Assembly (NCBI GenBank): GCA_964626665.1
Contig: CAZVGK010000003.1
Location: 32,001-96,000, forward strand
Reading direction: 5' to 3'
From: an uncultured Gemmatimonadota bacterium
GTDB lineage: Bacteria > SM23-81 > DAOVCL01
Length of the DNA: 64,000 bases
Shown: in pieces, positions 56,482-64,000 of the stretch
How positions within the stretch are numbered: the stretch's first letter is position 1
How the letters are laid out: every line of letters begins with the position of its first letter
Position numbers and translations under genes: made by a program
Notes under the pieces: model-generated
Database searches by the model: none
What the model saw: only the letters and a program-made list of their open reading frames with translations
What the model was told of the DNA's origin: nothing

Positions 56482-56984
56482 TATTGGAAATAGAAGTGAA
56501 GAAAACCCAGACTGGCTGTCGAAACTACAGTCGAATTGTAGGGAAAACCATTGGGAGAGAAGTCCTCATCTGTCTTCCAAATGTTAAGCTGGAGCTCACC
56601 TCCTACACTAAAGCGGCCACCAAAGAACTTCTCCATCCCGATCAATATCCCTCCGCCATAGTCACTATAGTCTTTTAGCCTCATCATCTCAAACAGGAAG
56701 CCAAGATAAGGGGAGCAATCACCCTCTGAAAAATGCTGCAGGTAGTCAATGCCAATACCTCACTCAGTGGTAGCCCCTCCGTGCTTGGGTTTAACCTGAT
56801 AAAAGGTCCCTCCCAGTTCCAGGGCGGAGCGGGAGCTCAGCCAATACTTGAAATTGTAACCAGATGCAGGAGGGGAGAGAAGAACTCCCATCCCCATCTT
56901 TCCACCTTTTCCTTGGCCATTTGCCTGGGGAACGGTTAAAATGGCCAATATCAATACGGACAAAAAGGCAAATAGCTTTGCCAT
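56481..56984 (-). pseudogene. small outer-membrane beta-barrel gene interrupted by one in-frame TGA (56760-56762)
   Basis: AGGAGG SD and signal peptide; frame continues ..GATTE*GIGIDYLQHF..SPYLG..LHFYFQ with a terminal aromatic barrel strand. Confidence 0.7.
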
Positions 56985-57147
56985 CGTTTTCCTCCTTTTT
57001 TGGTTAAGGTTGAAAGCATCAATTCCAATGAGACCTTGGTCAACAACCTCCTTTCCTAACCAAGGGATTTTGCACATTGGAACCGTTTGCGCCACAACGA
57101 AATCTAGCCCACAATTTTTGTTTTCACCCTCAAGTCCTGCCTCCTTC

Positions 57148-57208
57148 GGGTCGGATGAATCCGACCCCTACATCTCAAGCCTTTGTAGGGGTTCGATTTA
57201 TCAAACCC
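57148..57208. repeat. GTAG REP doublet
   Basis: GGGTCGGATGAATCCGACCCCTAC ... GTAGGGGTTCGATTTATCAAACCC. Confidence 0.75.
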
Positions 57209-57236
57209 GGGGAATCTCCTAATCATAGGAATGACG

Positions 57237-57715
57237 CTATTTTGACCTCTGAATCCCAGAGAATGCCATCACCAACCCAAAGGTAAACCAGAGAAGCATA
57301 CCATCCTCGGCATCGGTGTAGTAACATTGAAATAGACTGGCCAGGAAGAAGGCCACTGCTGAGGAGAAACCACCCAGAAACAGAGAATGGGAGATCCGCC
57401 GGTAGCCTTTAAGCGATGCCCACCAAAAAGCCCACCAGATCCAGAGAAATCCCAACATCCCCAAGCCCCCGGCATTAACTCCCACATTGAGCAAATCATT
57501 GTGGGAGTGGCTGATGGAGTCATAATATCAAGGGACCTTGTATTGGTTAAAGAACCTCTTGAAGTTGTCCAACCCAACCCCTAACAGGGGATGGTCTTTG
57601 ATCATCCGCCAAGAGGTTTGCCAGAGCCTCACCCGGGTTCCGCTGCTCGGGGTATTTAGATCTGCGGCATTTTTAATCCTCTCCCTGAAGGTTAATAGGA
57701 CCAGGGTGCGCCTAC
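57237..57715 (-). pseudogene. 5'-truncated O-antigen ligase (WaaL/Wzy_C) with in-frame TGA at 57528-57530
   Basis: R..LW.....MIKDHPLLGVG..NF, then VP*YYDSISHSHND.L....G.LG and TM segments in the same frame; N-terminal half missing. Confidence 0.8.
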
Positions 57716-57963
57716 CAAAAGCGGATAAGAAAGAGTGCCGAATAAGGTAGAGATACACAGGGTTTAGCTCCCTTGGAAGAGAAGAACCAATTCGATCTGT
57801 AAGGGATATGGATTTTTAAACTCCAACAGGTGCAAGAGCGAGCATAGACTTATGAACTGGCTAAAGGTAGTCATCAATAAAGCGTTTTTACCTTATTCCT
57901 GAAATTATCCGCGTGCTGGATACCTCAAAATATAGATTCTCACCATCAATGGCAATAGATCCG

Positions 57964-59124
57964 TCATACACTTTTGGACGAGTTCAAATTTTTTATTGCA
58001 TCCAAAAGTTTTTGGGCTCGATTTTCCCAAAGATATTTCTCTGCCATAGTATATATTTTTTTACTCATTCTTTCTAGAAAATCATTATGTGTGTAGAGAA
58101 AATCGATTTCTTGAGCTAATTCTTTCAGATTATTTGGCTTAAAGAAAAGCCCTGTTTCGTTTTCTTTGATCAGTTCACGCATTGTCGGAAGATCTGAAGA
58201 GAGGACAGGGATGCTGTAACTATAAAAATCAAATAATTTTAACGGGGAAGTCAGAAATCGATTAAAAAATGTATCCTGTAACGGGATAACACCAATTTTA
58301 ATCTTTGTTAGATATCGTTCAAGCTGGGGGCGACGGAGCCAGCCCGTAATTTCTACTTTTTCTTTTCGATAATATTTTTCGGCCAGTGCGTTATATTCAT
58401 CGATTTCCTCATTATTTTTTCCACCAAGAATCAAAATTGACGGTTGGGTTTGACTAAGAGCCGCAGATTGCAAAAGATTTGCTACTCCCTTATGGGCATT
58501 TAAAGAACCGATATAACCTAAATATTTTCTTTCAGATATATCAGAATGTTCAACGTAAGAAAGTCCAGTTCGAGCAATAATAAATTTTTGATTAGGAAAA
58601 TATCTTTCATACAGCATTTTTTGTGCTTTTTGTAAACAGATAACCCCGCTAATATGCGGGATATATCTTTGCTCATATGTGCTCCTTTTTCTTTTCTTTT
58701 TGATATTAATATCATCTCGAATGGATAGGTCAGCATAAAAATCGTGGGTTTCAAAAAAAGTCGGTATCCCAAATCTCTCTTTTAGTTTAGCTAAATAAGG
58801 TAGAAAAGTCGTGTTCCGAGAAATAACGGCATCAAGTTCATTATGTGATATTAATTCTTTAAGCTTTCGAAAAACTTTCTGGAAGAAAAAACAATTTGTG
58901 TTGATTATTCTTGTATTCTTTAGTTGATAAATAGTTAAATTATTTGGTTGTAACATATTAAAATATTTTTTCAAAATTTCAGAGGAAGAACTTGGGGAAT
59001 TTCTTTTGATGAAGAAATAACAGTGCCCAGACACCGCTGCCAAACCAATCGCATTTAAGGTAGCAAAAGTTACGCTCGGAGAATGCGATGGCCATAAACC
59101 GGTGTGAACATATGCGATTTTCAT
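57964..59124 (-). CDS. glycosyltransferase family 4
   Basis: YIGSL..HKGV, SPLKLFDF, PVLSSDLP. Confidence 0.88.
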   Translation of the reverse strand: MKIAYVHTGLWPSHSPSVTFATLNAIGLAAVSGHCYFFIKRNSPSSSSEILKKYFNMLQPNNLTIYQLKNTRIINTNCFFFQKVFRKLKELISHNELDAVISRNTTFLPYLAKLKERFGIPTFFETHDFYADLSIRDDINIKKKRKRSTYEQRYIPHISGVICLQKAQKMLYERYFPNQKFIIARTGLSYVEHSDISERKYLGYIGSLNAHKGVANLLQSAALSQTQPSILILGGKNNEEIDEYNALAEKYYRKEKVEITGWLRRPQLERYLTKIKIGVIPLQDTFFNRFLTSPLKLFDFYSYSIPVLSSDLPTMRELIKENETGLFFKPNNLKELAQEIDFLYTHNDFLERMSKKIYTMAEKYLWENRAQKLLDAIKNLNSSKSV

Positions 59125-59136
59125 AGTTCTCCTTCT

Positions 59137-60123
59137 TTAAGAGTTGTATCTTCGTTTTATAAGAGCATAGCCTATTTCTCGGGATTTGTCATCCCGAGAA
59201 AATTTTCTCATCTCTTTTTTAAATTTTTTGACTCCAGGGAATCTCTTAGTAACATATCTATTCATCAGTGAACTTCTATCTTTTTTGGCCTTCAGTTTAT
59301 TTCTGTTTGAAGTGTAATCATGATAAATAACGGCTTGTGGGTAATATATCAGAGAATACTTCCCGTATCTGCACCCAATCCGATAAGATAATTCTAACCC
59401 CTCATGCCCAAATAACAGAGGGTTCATTCCGTTCATCTCCATATAAACATTCTTATTAAAGGCAGAATTGCCTTCTACATTAATAACCGAAGGAATAGGG
59501 ATCGGCCCCAGGTCATAATGCTTAACCGACGGGGCAACCCCATCCTCCGTCTTAGGGAAAACTCTGCCCCTTAATCCAACAATATCATATCTACGGAAAG
59601 CTTCGATAATGGAGGAAACATAGGTGCTTGCTGCACGAGCATCATCGTCCAAGAAAGCTACGATCGCACCCTTGGCGAAATAGACACCTATATTTCTCCC
59701 CTCAGATAAGATTAGGTTCTGAGGAGATTTAACATAGAGTATATCTGAAGTCATCAAATTCCTTTCAATAGATTCATTTTGGCCATTGTCTACAACAATA
59801 ATTTCAAATCTGTCTGGAACCAGGGGAAGGAGAGAGTCCAGACAGTTCAATAGAAGCTCATTGCTCTGGTAGGTGACGATAACTACGGATAGAATCGGTT
59901 GGTTGACTCCTCGGTTATCCCTCTTTGATAAGAGCTCATAGTTAATATGGTCTCGATATAATTTCATAAATCTTTCTGCTTCGGAGAATTTTTGGGCAGA
60001 GAATCGCTGGATTGCCAATCCAAAATTGTGTAAAGCAAATTGTTGAGGCTCTTGAGAGTTCTCTGGTAAGCTCCTGTTTTTGTTCTTGGTAAAACTTTTC
60101 AATTTTGTCCACATATCCATCAT
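59137..60123 (-). CDS. glycosyltransferase family 2
   Basis: LSVVIVTY, IIVVDNG, GRNIG, AFLDDD. Confidence 0.88.
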   Translation of the reverse strand: MMDMWTKLKSFTKNKNRSLPENSQEPQQFALHNFGLAIQRFSAQKFSEAERFMKLYRDHINYELLSKRDNRGVNQPILSVVIVTYQSNELLLNCLDSLLPLVPDRFEIIVVDNGQNESIERNLMTSDILYVKSPQNLILSEGRNIGVYFAKGAIVAFLDDDARAASTYVSSIIEAFRRYDIVGLRGRVFPKTEDGVAPSVKHYDLGPIPIPSVINVEGNSAFNKNVYMEMNGMNPLLFGHEGLELSYRIGCRYGKYSLIYYPQAVIYHDYTSNRNKLKAKKDRSSLMNRYVTKRFPGVKKFKKEMRKFSRDDKSREIGYALIKRRYNS

Positions 60124-60368
60124 TACTCACAGGACATTATAGTTTGCCCATGGGCAGCTTTAATTATAATAACCAGGTCTGTTCCAAAGCGTGAAGGATG
60201 GAGCAAGGCGAAACAACTTCACTCCACCAAGACTTCTATTGCACTTTAGTACAGGGTTAGGACCTTTGGCTGAAGCCCAAAAAAAAAGGTTGATTGCTGT
60301 TCTGGCAAAGACATGTAATATGCTTTTCGCTCGCATTAGTAACTCCCCCCACAAAAGTGCTTGTTCCT

Positions 60369-61310
60369 TTAACCCTCAATCCAGTTCCATGAAGTTAAAA
60401 GATGCCTTATGAACTCTTCATGGCGATCTTTCCCAATACCTATCTTTTGCCAAAGGCTATTTTTATCCCTGTAATAACCATTTGCAGCCTTATAAATTGG
60501 GCTGGACAAATCACCGTAAATGACGCTCATTTCGGTGACAAGCCATTTGCCTTCATAATCCCTCAAAATATCATACGACATAACCTCAAAGTTCATCTGT
60601 TCATTGGCCCTCGCCCCTAAGTCTAATACTTCAACGGGAATTTCAGAAGTATCAAATAGACCACTCCCACTGGCAAAGGGACTTTTATCCCTGTTGGGTC
60701 TAAAAAATCCATAAATTACTCTATTGCCATAGCAAACGATCCTATAGTCACCCTGATTGTCGCCAAGAAATTCCTGAAAATAGACATAACCCTTTTGGAC
60801 TTCATTTTTAAAATAGGTCTTAATCCCCTTATTGAATACCCTTCTTATGTATTTCATAGCTGTTTTTGGATCTTCCAACAACCCCACATTTGAACTGCCA
60901 GCGCCATGCGCACATTTGTATACAAGCGGATATCTCGTTTGCTGGGCAAATGCTACAGCTTCATCTTGATTAAAAAAAATGTAGGTCTTGGGAGTGGGAA
61001 TATGATGTCTGGTAAAAAGGTAGTACTGCGCAATTTTGTCATCATAATGCCAGTATGACCTCCAGTCAGGATATGTAGGAATTTTAAATTCCTGGCCAAA
61101 GAAATAGATAAAACGCTTAGCCAGATTCTTGATAACAGGATCATGTTTGGCTCGCCAAATAAAACTGTCAAAATTTTCTGAAAATAATCTATCCTGCTCG
61201 GACTTTCTCCAAATATCAAGGAGGCAAACCTGAAAGCTATAGCGTCTAAGAATTCTCTCATAGATTTGCCAAAATCTCATTTTATCCTTGACTAATGCGA
61301 TCTTCCTCAT
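60369..61310 (-). CDS. ATP-grasp (RimK-like) ligase
   Basis: DDKIAQ, IPTPKT, YPLVYK...GAGS.NV, YFQEF....DYR, YD.......VTE. Confidence 0.8.
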   Translation of the reverse strand: MRKIALVKDKMRFWQIYERILRRYSFQVCLLDIWRKSEQDRLFSENFDSFIWRAKHDPVIKNLAKRFIYFFGQEFKIPTYPDWRSYWHYDDKIAQYYLFTRHHIPTPKTYIFFNQDEAVAFAQQTRYPLVYKCAHGAGSSNVGLLEDPKTAMKYIRRVFNKGIKTYFKNEVQKGYVYFQEFLGDNQGDYRIVCYGNRVIYGFFRPNRDKSPFASGSGLFDTSEIPVEVLDLGARANEQMNFEVMSYDILRDYEGKWLVTEMSVIYGDLSSPIYKAANGYYRDKNSLWQKIGIGKDRHEEFIRHLLTSWNWIEG

Positions 61311-62278
61311 TTAACATATCCTTCCCTCTTGAGTTGGAATAATTCCATGGCATATTGGAAGAAATCTGTCCATTGATAGATAAGATTATTCCAGTCAAAT
61401 TCCTTCTCCATCTTTTGGCGAATGGCTCTCCCCATTCCAGGTAGCATATCTCGATTTTCGACAAACTCAAGTAACCTTTCTTTGATAGCTTGATAACTTC
61501 TTTCCACAACAATTCCATTTATCCCCTGCTCTATTAATTCAGGGATAATGCCTACATCTGTTGAAATCACAGGTATACCACAGGCAGCAGCTTCAAGCAC
61601 AGGGCGAGGGGTTCCCTCACTGCGGGAAGCACAGATATACAGGTCCAAGGAATTATAAAATTTCCGCATTTTATTATTATCTCTGACAAAATCATCCTCT
61701 TTACATTGCACCCTTAACTCAATTTCTGGAATTTCATTGCAAACAGGCTTGATGAATTCAAAAAAACCTCTCTTTCCAGGATGGTTGGTTAGACTTCCTG
61801 TCCACCCTACTACCAGTTTGTCACGGTTTCTTTGGCTTCTTTCTTCAGGATAAAAGGCATCTAGGTCACAAGTATACTTGGTATGAATAATCGGCAGATA
61901 TCGCCCAAATATGTACCATAATTTTTTGCAGTGCGTATTAACAAGAAGAGCCTTCTTTAATTTACGAATAATTTTTGCTGGCGGTTTTGCATTATATCCA
62001 GGGGGCTGAGTTCTCCTGTCGTCCCAACGATGAAAGGAGCGAATCCCAGTTGTGATTTTATCAGTACAAATACCGCTTTTCAGCAAGGGGAAGAATTCAC
62101 CAATGTACATAGGGTACAATAAATCATAATTATCATAGTTTTTTTTCCATTCTTTTATGAATTCCCGGAAATAAAGGATGTCAAATTGAATGTTAGATCT
62201 GTTGTATTTAATTAAATCTCGAGCATTCTTGTCTAATGCCCAATGAGGGATATCCGGTATGAGTAAAACCTTCTTCAT
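61307..62278 (-). CDS. glycosyltransferase family 4
   Basis: DLYICASRSEG.P..VLEAAACGIPVISTDVG. Confidence 0.9.
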   Translation of the reverse strand: MKKVLLIPDIPHWALDKNARDLIKYNRSNIQFDILYFREFIKEWKKNYDNYDLLYPMYIGEFFPLLKSGICTDKITTGIRSFHRWDDRRTQPPGYNAKPPAKIIRKLKKALLVNTHCKKLWYIFGRYLPIIHTKYTCDLDAFYPEERSQRNRDKLVVGWTGSLTNHPGKRGFFEFIKPVCNEIPEIELRVQCKEDDFVRDNNKMRKFYNSLDLYICASRSEGTPRPVLEAAACGIPVISTDVGIIPELIEQGINGIVVERSYQAIKERLLEFVENRDMLPGMGRAIRQKMEKEFDWNNLIYQWTDFFQYAMELFQLKREGYVK

Positions 62279-62602
62279 GGGTTCTCACATCCTTTAAATT
62301 AGGATATACTAAAGGAAGAACTAAAAAGATCGCATTTCTGAAACCCTTGACAGAGGTAAGAAACTAATAACAAAAATGAGTAAAAACAATAATCCGCTTT
62401 TCGTAGTAATTTTAAGTCTAATTTTAATATAGAATAAATTAATAAAAGTCAAGAGATATCTTTAAATTCATTTCAAATAATTCAAATTTATATCTGTTCT
62501 TCTCCAGTCATCCCCCCAAGGATTAGTGTATACTGTTTTTGAGTTAGTTCTAACTTTTTACCTGAAACATTATAAATTCATTTTCCTTTTCGGTTAAGCA
62601 AA

Positions 62603-63715
62603 TTAAGAGAGGTCGTAATAGAATCTCTCCGTGGATTCAGCTAACCTCTCTATACTGAAGTCCCCCACAGTTTTCCTCCTTGCCTCCCGACCAAATTCCT
62701 CCCTCTTATCCTCATCCCTGAGGAGTTCCAGGATGGCCCTGGCCAATGGTCGCGGTTCTGCCGGTGGGACGATTACCCCACCTGTCCCATCAGCAATCAA
62801 ATCGGGAATGGAGTTTATTCTTGTCCCCACCACAGGCTTTCCCATAGCCATAAACTCTAAGGCTACCCGGCAGATGGTCTCAGAACCTACAGAGGCCACC
62901 ACCCCAAAATCAAGGGCAGAGATGATAGTCCTTATATCCTTTTGATAAGGGAGAAAGAAAAAATTTTCGAGAACCCCCTTGGATTGGGCCAAAACCTTTA
63001 ACTCCCTTGATTTTATCTGCGCATCCCCCCCAGCGATGAGAAAGTGGACCTGCGGCCATTCCTTGACCACCTGGGAGGCGGCATCAATGAAGAACCTATG
63101 GCCCTTCACCGGGGAAAACCTCCCGATCATTCCCACCAAAGGGGTGGAACTATCTAATCCTAATAGCCTCTTAGCCTCTGAGGAACTAACCTTGGGTTGA
63201 AAATATTCTGTATCCACCCCAGGGGGGATGACCTCAATCTCCCCTTCCCCCAGGCCTAACTTCAGAAGAGGTAGCCTAAGCGAGGAGCAGGTGACCACAA
63301 CCCTATCGGTCAAACAACGATGCAGCAAGAGGTTGAAAGGATGAGCCAATGGAGGCCTCTGATCACCTCTTGTTCTGACCAGGGGGATCCTATGAAATCC
63401 TCTGAGAAGGGAGGCATAGCTATGTCCTTCCCCCCGATGGGCATTGACCAGGTCAATTGACTCGCTTTTTATAATGGAGGCAAGCTGAATAAGATGAGCT
63501 GCCGCCTTATATGGGCTTAGCTTGTTTAAGGAAAGGTCAACCACAGGGAGCCCATATTCCTCTGCTTTTTTATAGACTGGGCTCCCTTGCCTACCTGCAA
63601 TGATCACCCTATGTCCCCTCTTCCTTAATCCCCGGCTAAGGTTAAGGGCATACCAGGCACAAGCATTAAACCAGCGAACATTTATCAGTTGTAGAATATT
63701 GAGCTTTCTTTTCAT
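62603..63715 (-). CDS. glycosyltransferase family 4 (LPS core-type)
   Basis: GRFSPVKGH, E......LEFMAMGKPVV. Confidence 0.9.
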   Translation of the reverse strand: MKRKLNILQLINVRWFNACAWYALNLSRGLRKRGHRVIIAGRQGSPVYKKAEEYGLPVVDLSLNKLSPYKAAAHLIQLASIIKSESIDLVNAHRGEGHSYASLLRGFHRIPLVRTRGDQRPPLAHPFNLLLHRCLTDRVVVTCSSLRLPLLKLGLGEGEIEVIPPGVDTEYFQPKVSSSEAKRLLGLDSSTPLVGMIGRFSPVKGHRFFIDAASQVVKEWPQVHFLIAGGDAQIKSRELKVLAQSKGVLENFFFLPYQKDIRTIISALDFGVVASVGSETICRVALEFMAMGKPVVGTRINSIPDLIADGTGGVIVPPAEPRPLARAILELLRDEDKREEFGREARRKTVGDFSIERLAESTERFYYDLS

Positions 63716-63864
63716 CCTGGTTTATGCATTAAGAAACCACGAGATTTCACAAGATATTCAAAATAAAGAGCTCACAAAAATTGAGGTTAAACCCCTCTTT
63801 CACCTGAAAGGTGAAAGCCTATATTCTTGAAGATACTTATATAATCTGTGAAAATCCGCGTTCA

Positions 63865-63963
63865 CCCCGTTAAATAATTTAGAAATAGACATCATCGCAT
63901 CCCCAAGCTTGCTTTTATTTAACGGACTTCACCCCGTGAAATACGAAAGTATATTTAACGGGG
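63865..63963. repeat. tandem CCCCGT(T/G)AAATA..ATTTAACGG palindromic elements
   Basis: two copies (63865-63926, 63932-63963), both preceded by TTCA; related to 10201-10230. Confidence 0.65.
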
Positions 63964-64000
63964 TTCATCTGTGGTTTATGCATATTTTGGTTCATAATTA

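Noticed and set aside
56760-57530. TGA recoding (Gly/Trp code or selenocysteine) suggested by in-frame TGAs in neighbouring genes and hicA
   Set aside because: TGA ends many conserved genes here (hflK, hflC, hutI, xerD); the implied residues differ (W, G, R); two of the genes have other lesions; no convincing SECIS hairpin
60160-60412. Short ORFs between the ATP-grasp and GT2 genes
   Set aside because: No motif, SD or family similarity that I can support

Overview
Bacterial chromosomal window from a diderm organism, probably an FCB-group candidate lineage. That placement is inferred from a PorV-like gene, YPNPFN-type C-terminal sorting domains, LptE and LolDE. The housekeeping backbone carries hflKC, hutI, ctpA, tmk, ino1, a sigma54 two-component pair, a tRNA nucleotidyltransferase, xerD, ogt, uvrC, lolED and mcsA-mcsB-clpC. 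Four accessory blocks interrupt it. (1) About 12.7-16.4 kb: hicB, a decayed hicA, a type II R-M pair and a hypothetical gene, with degenerate attC-like sites and no integrase. (2) 33-49.4 kb: six tandem secreted proteins with C-terminal sorting domains, including a gingipain-like C25 protease and three mosaic paralogues that share near-identical 200-500 bp blocks and reuse CTD-spacer-leader junction modules. (3) About 51.8-55.9 kb: an island bounded by a 27-bp direct repeat of a gene 3' end, carrying one 1040-aa SIR2-STAND NTPase-TPR-cold-shock protein with cassette-like boundaries; this is the best candidate for a novel anti-phage system. (4) About 57.8-62.6 kb: an AT-rich glycosyltransferase/ATP-grasp cluster next to a broken O-antigen ligase. 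Intergenic DNA holds many REP-like palindromes, short repeats and at least two clean MITEs with 5-bp target duplications. No rRNA, tRNA or CRISPR array was seen. All calls are from motif reading by eye; no searches were run.
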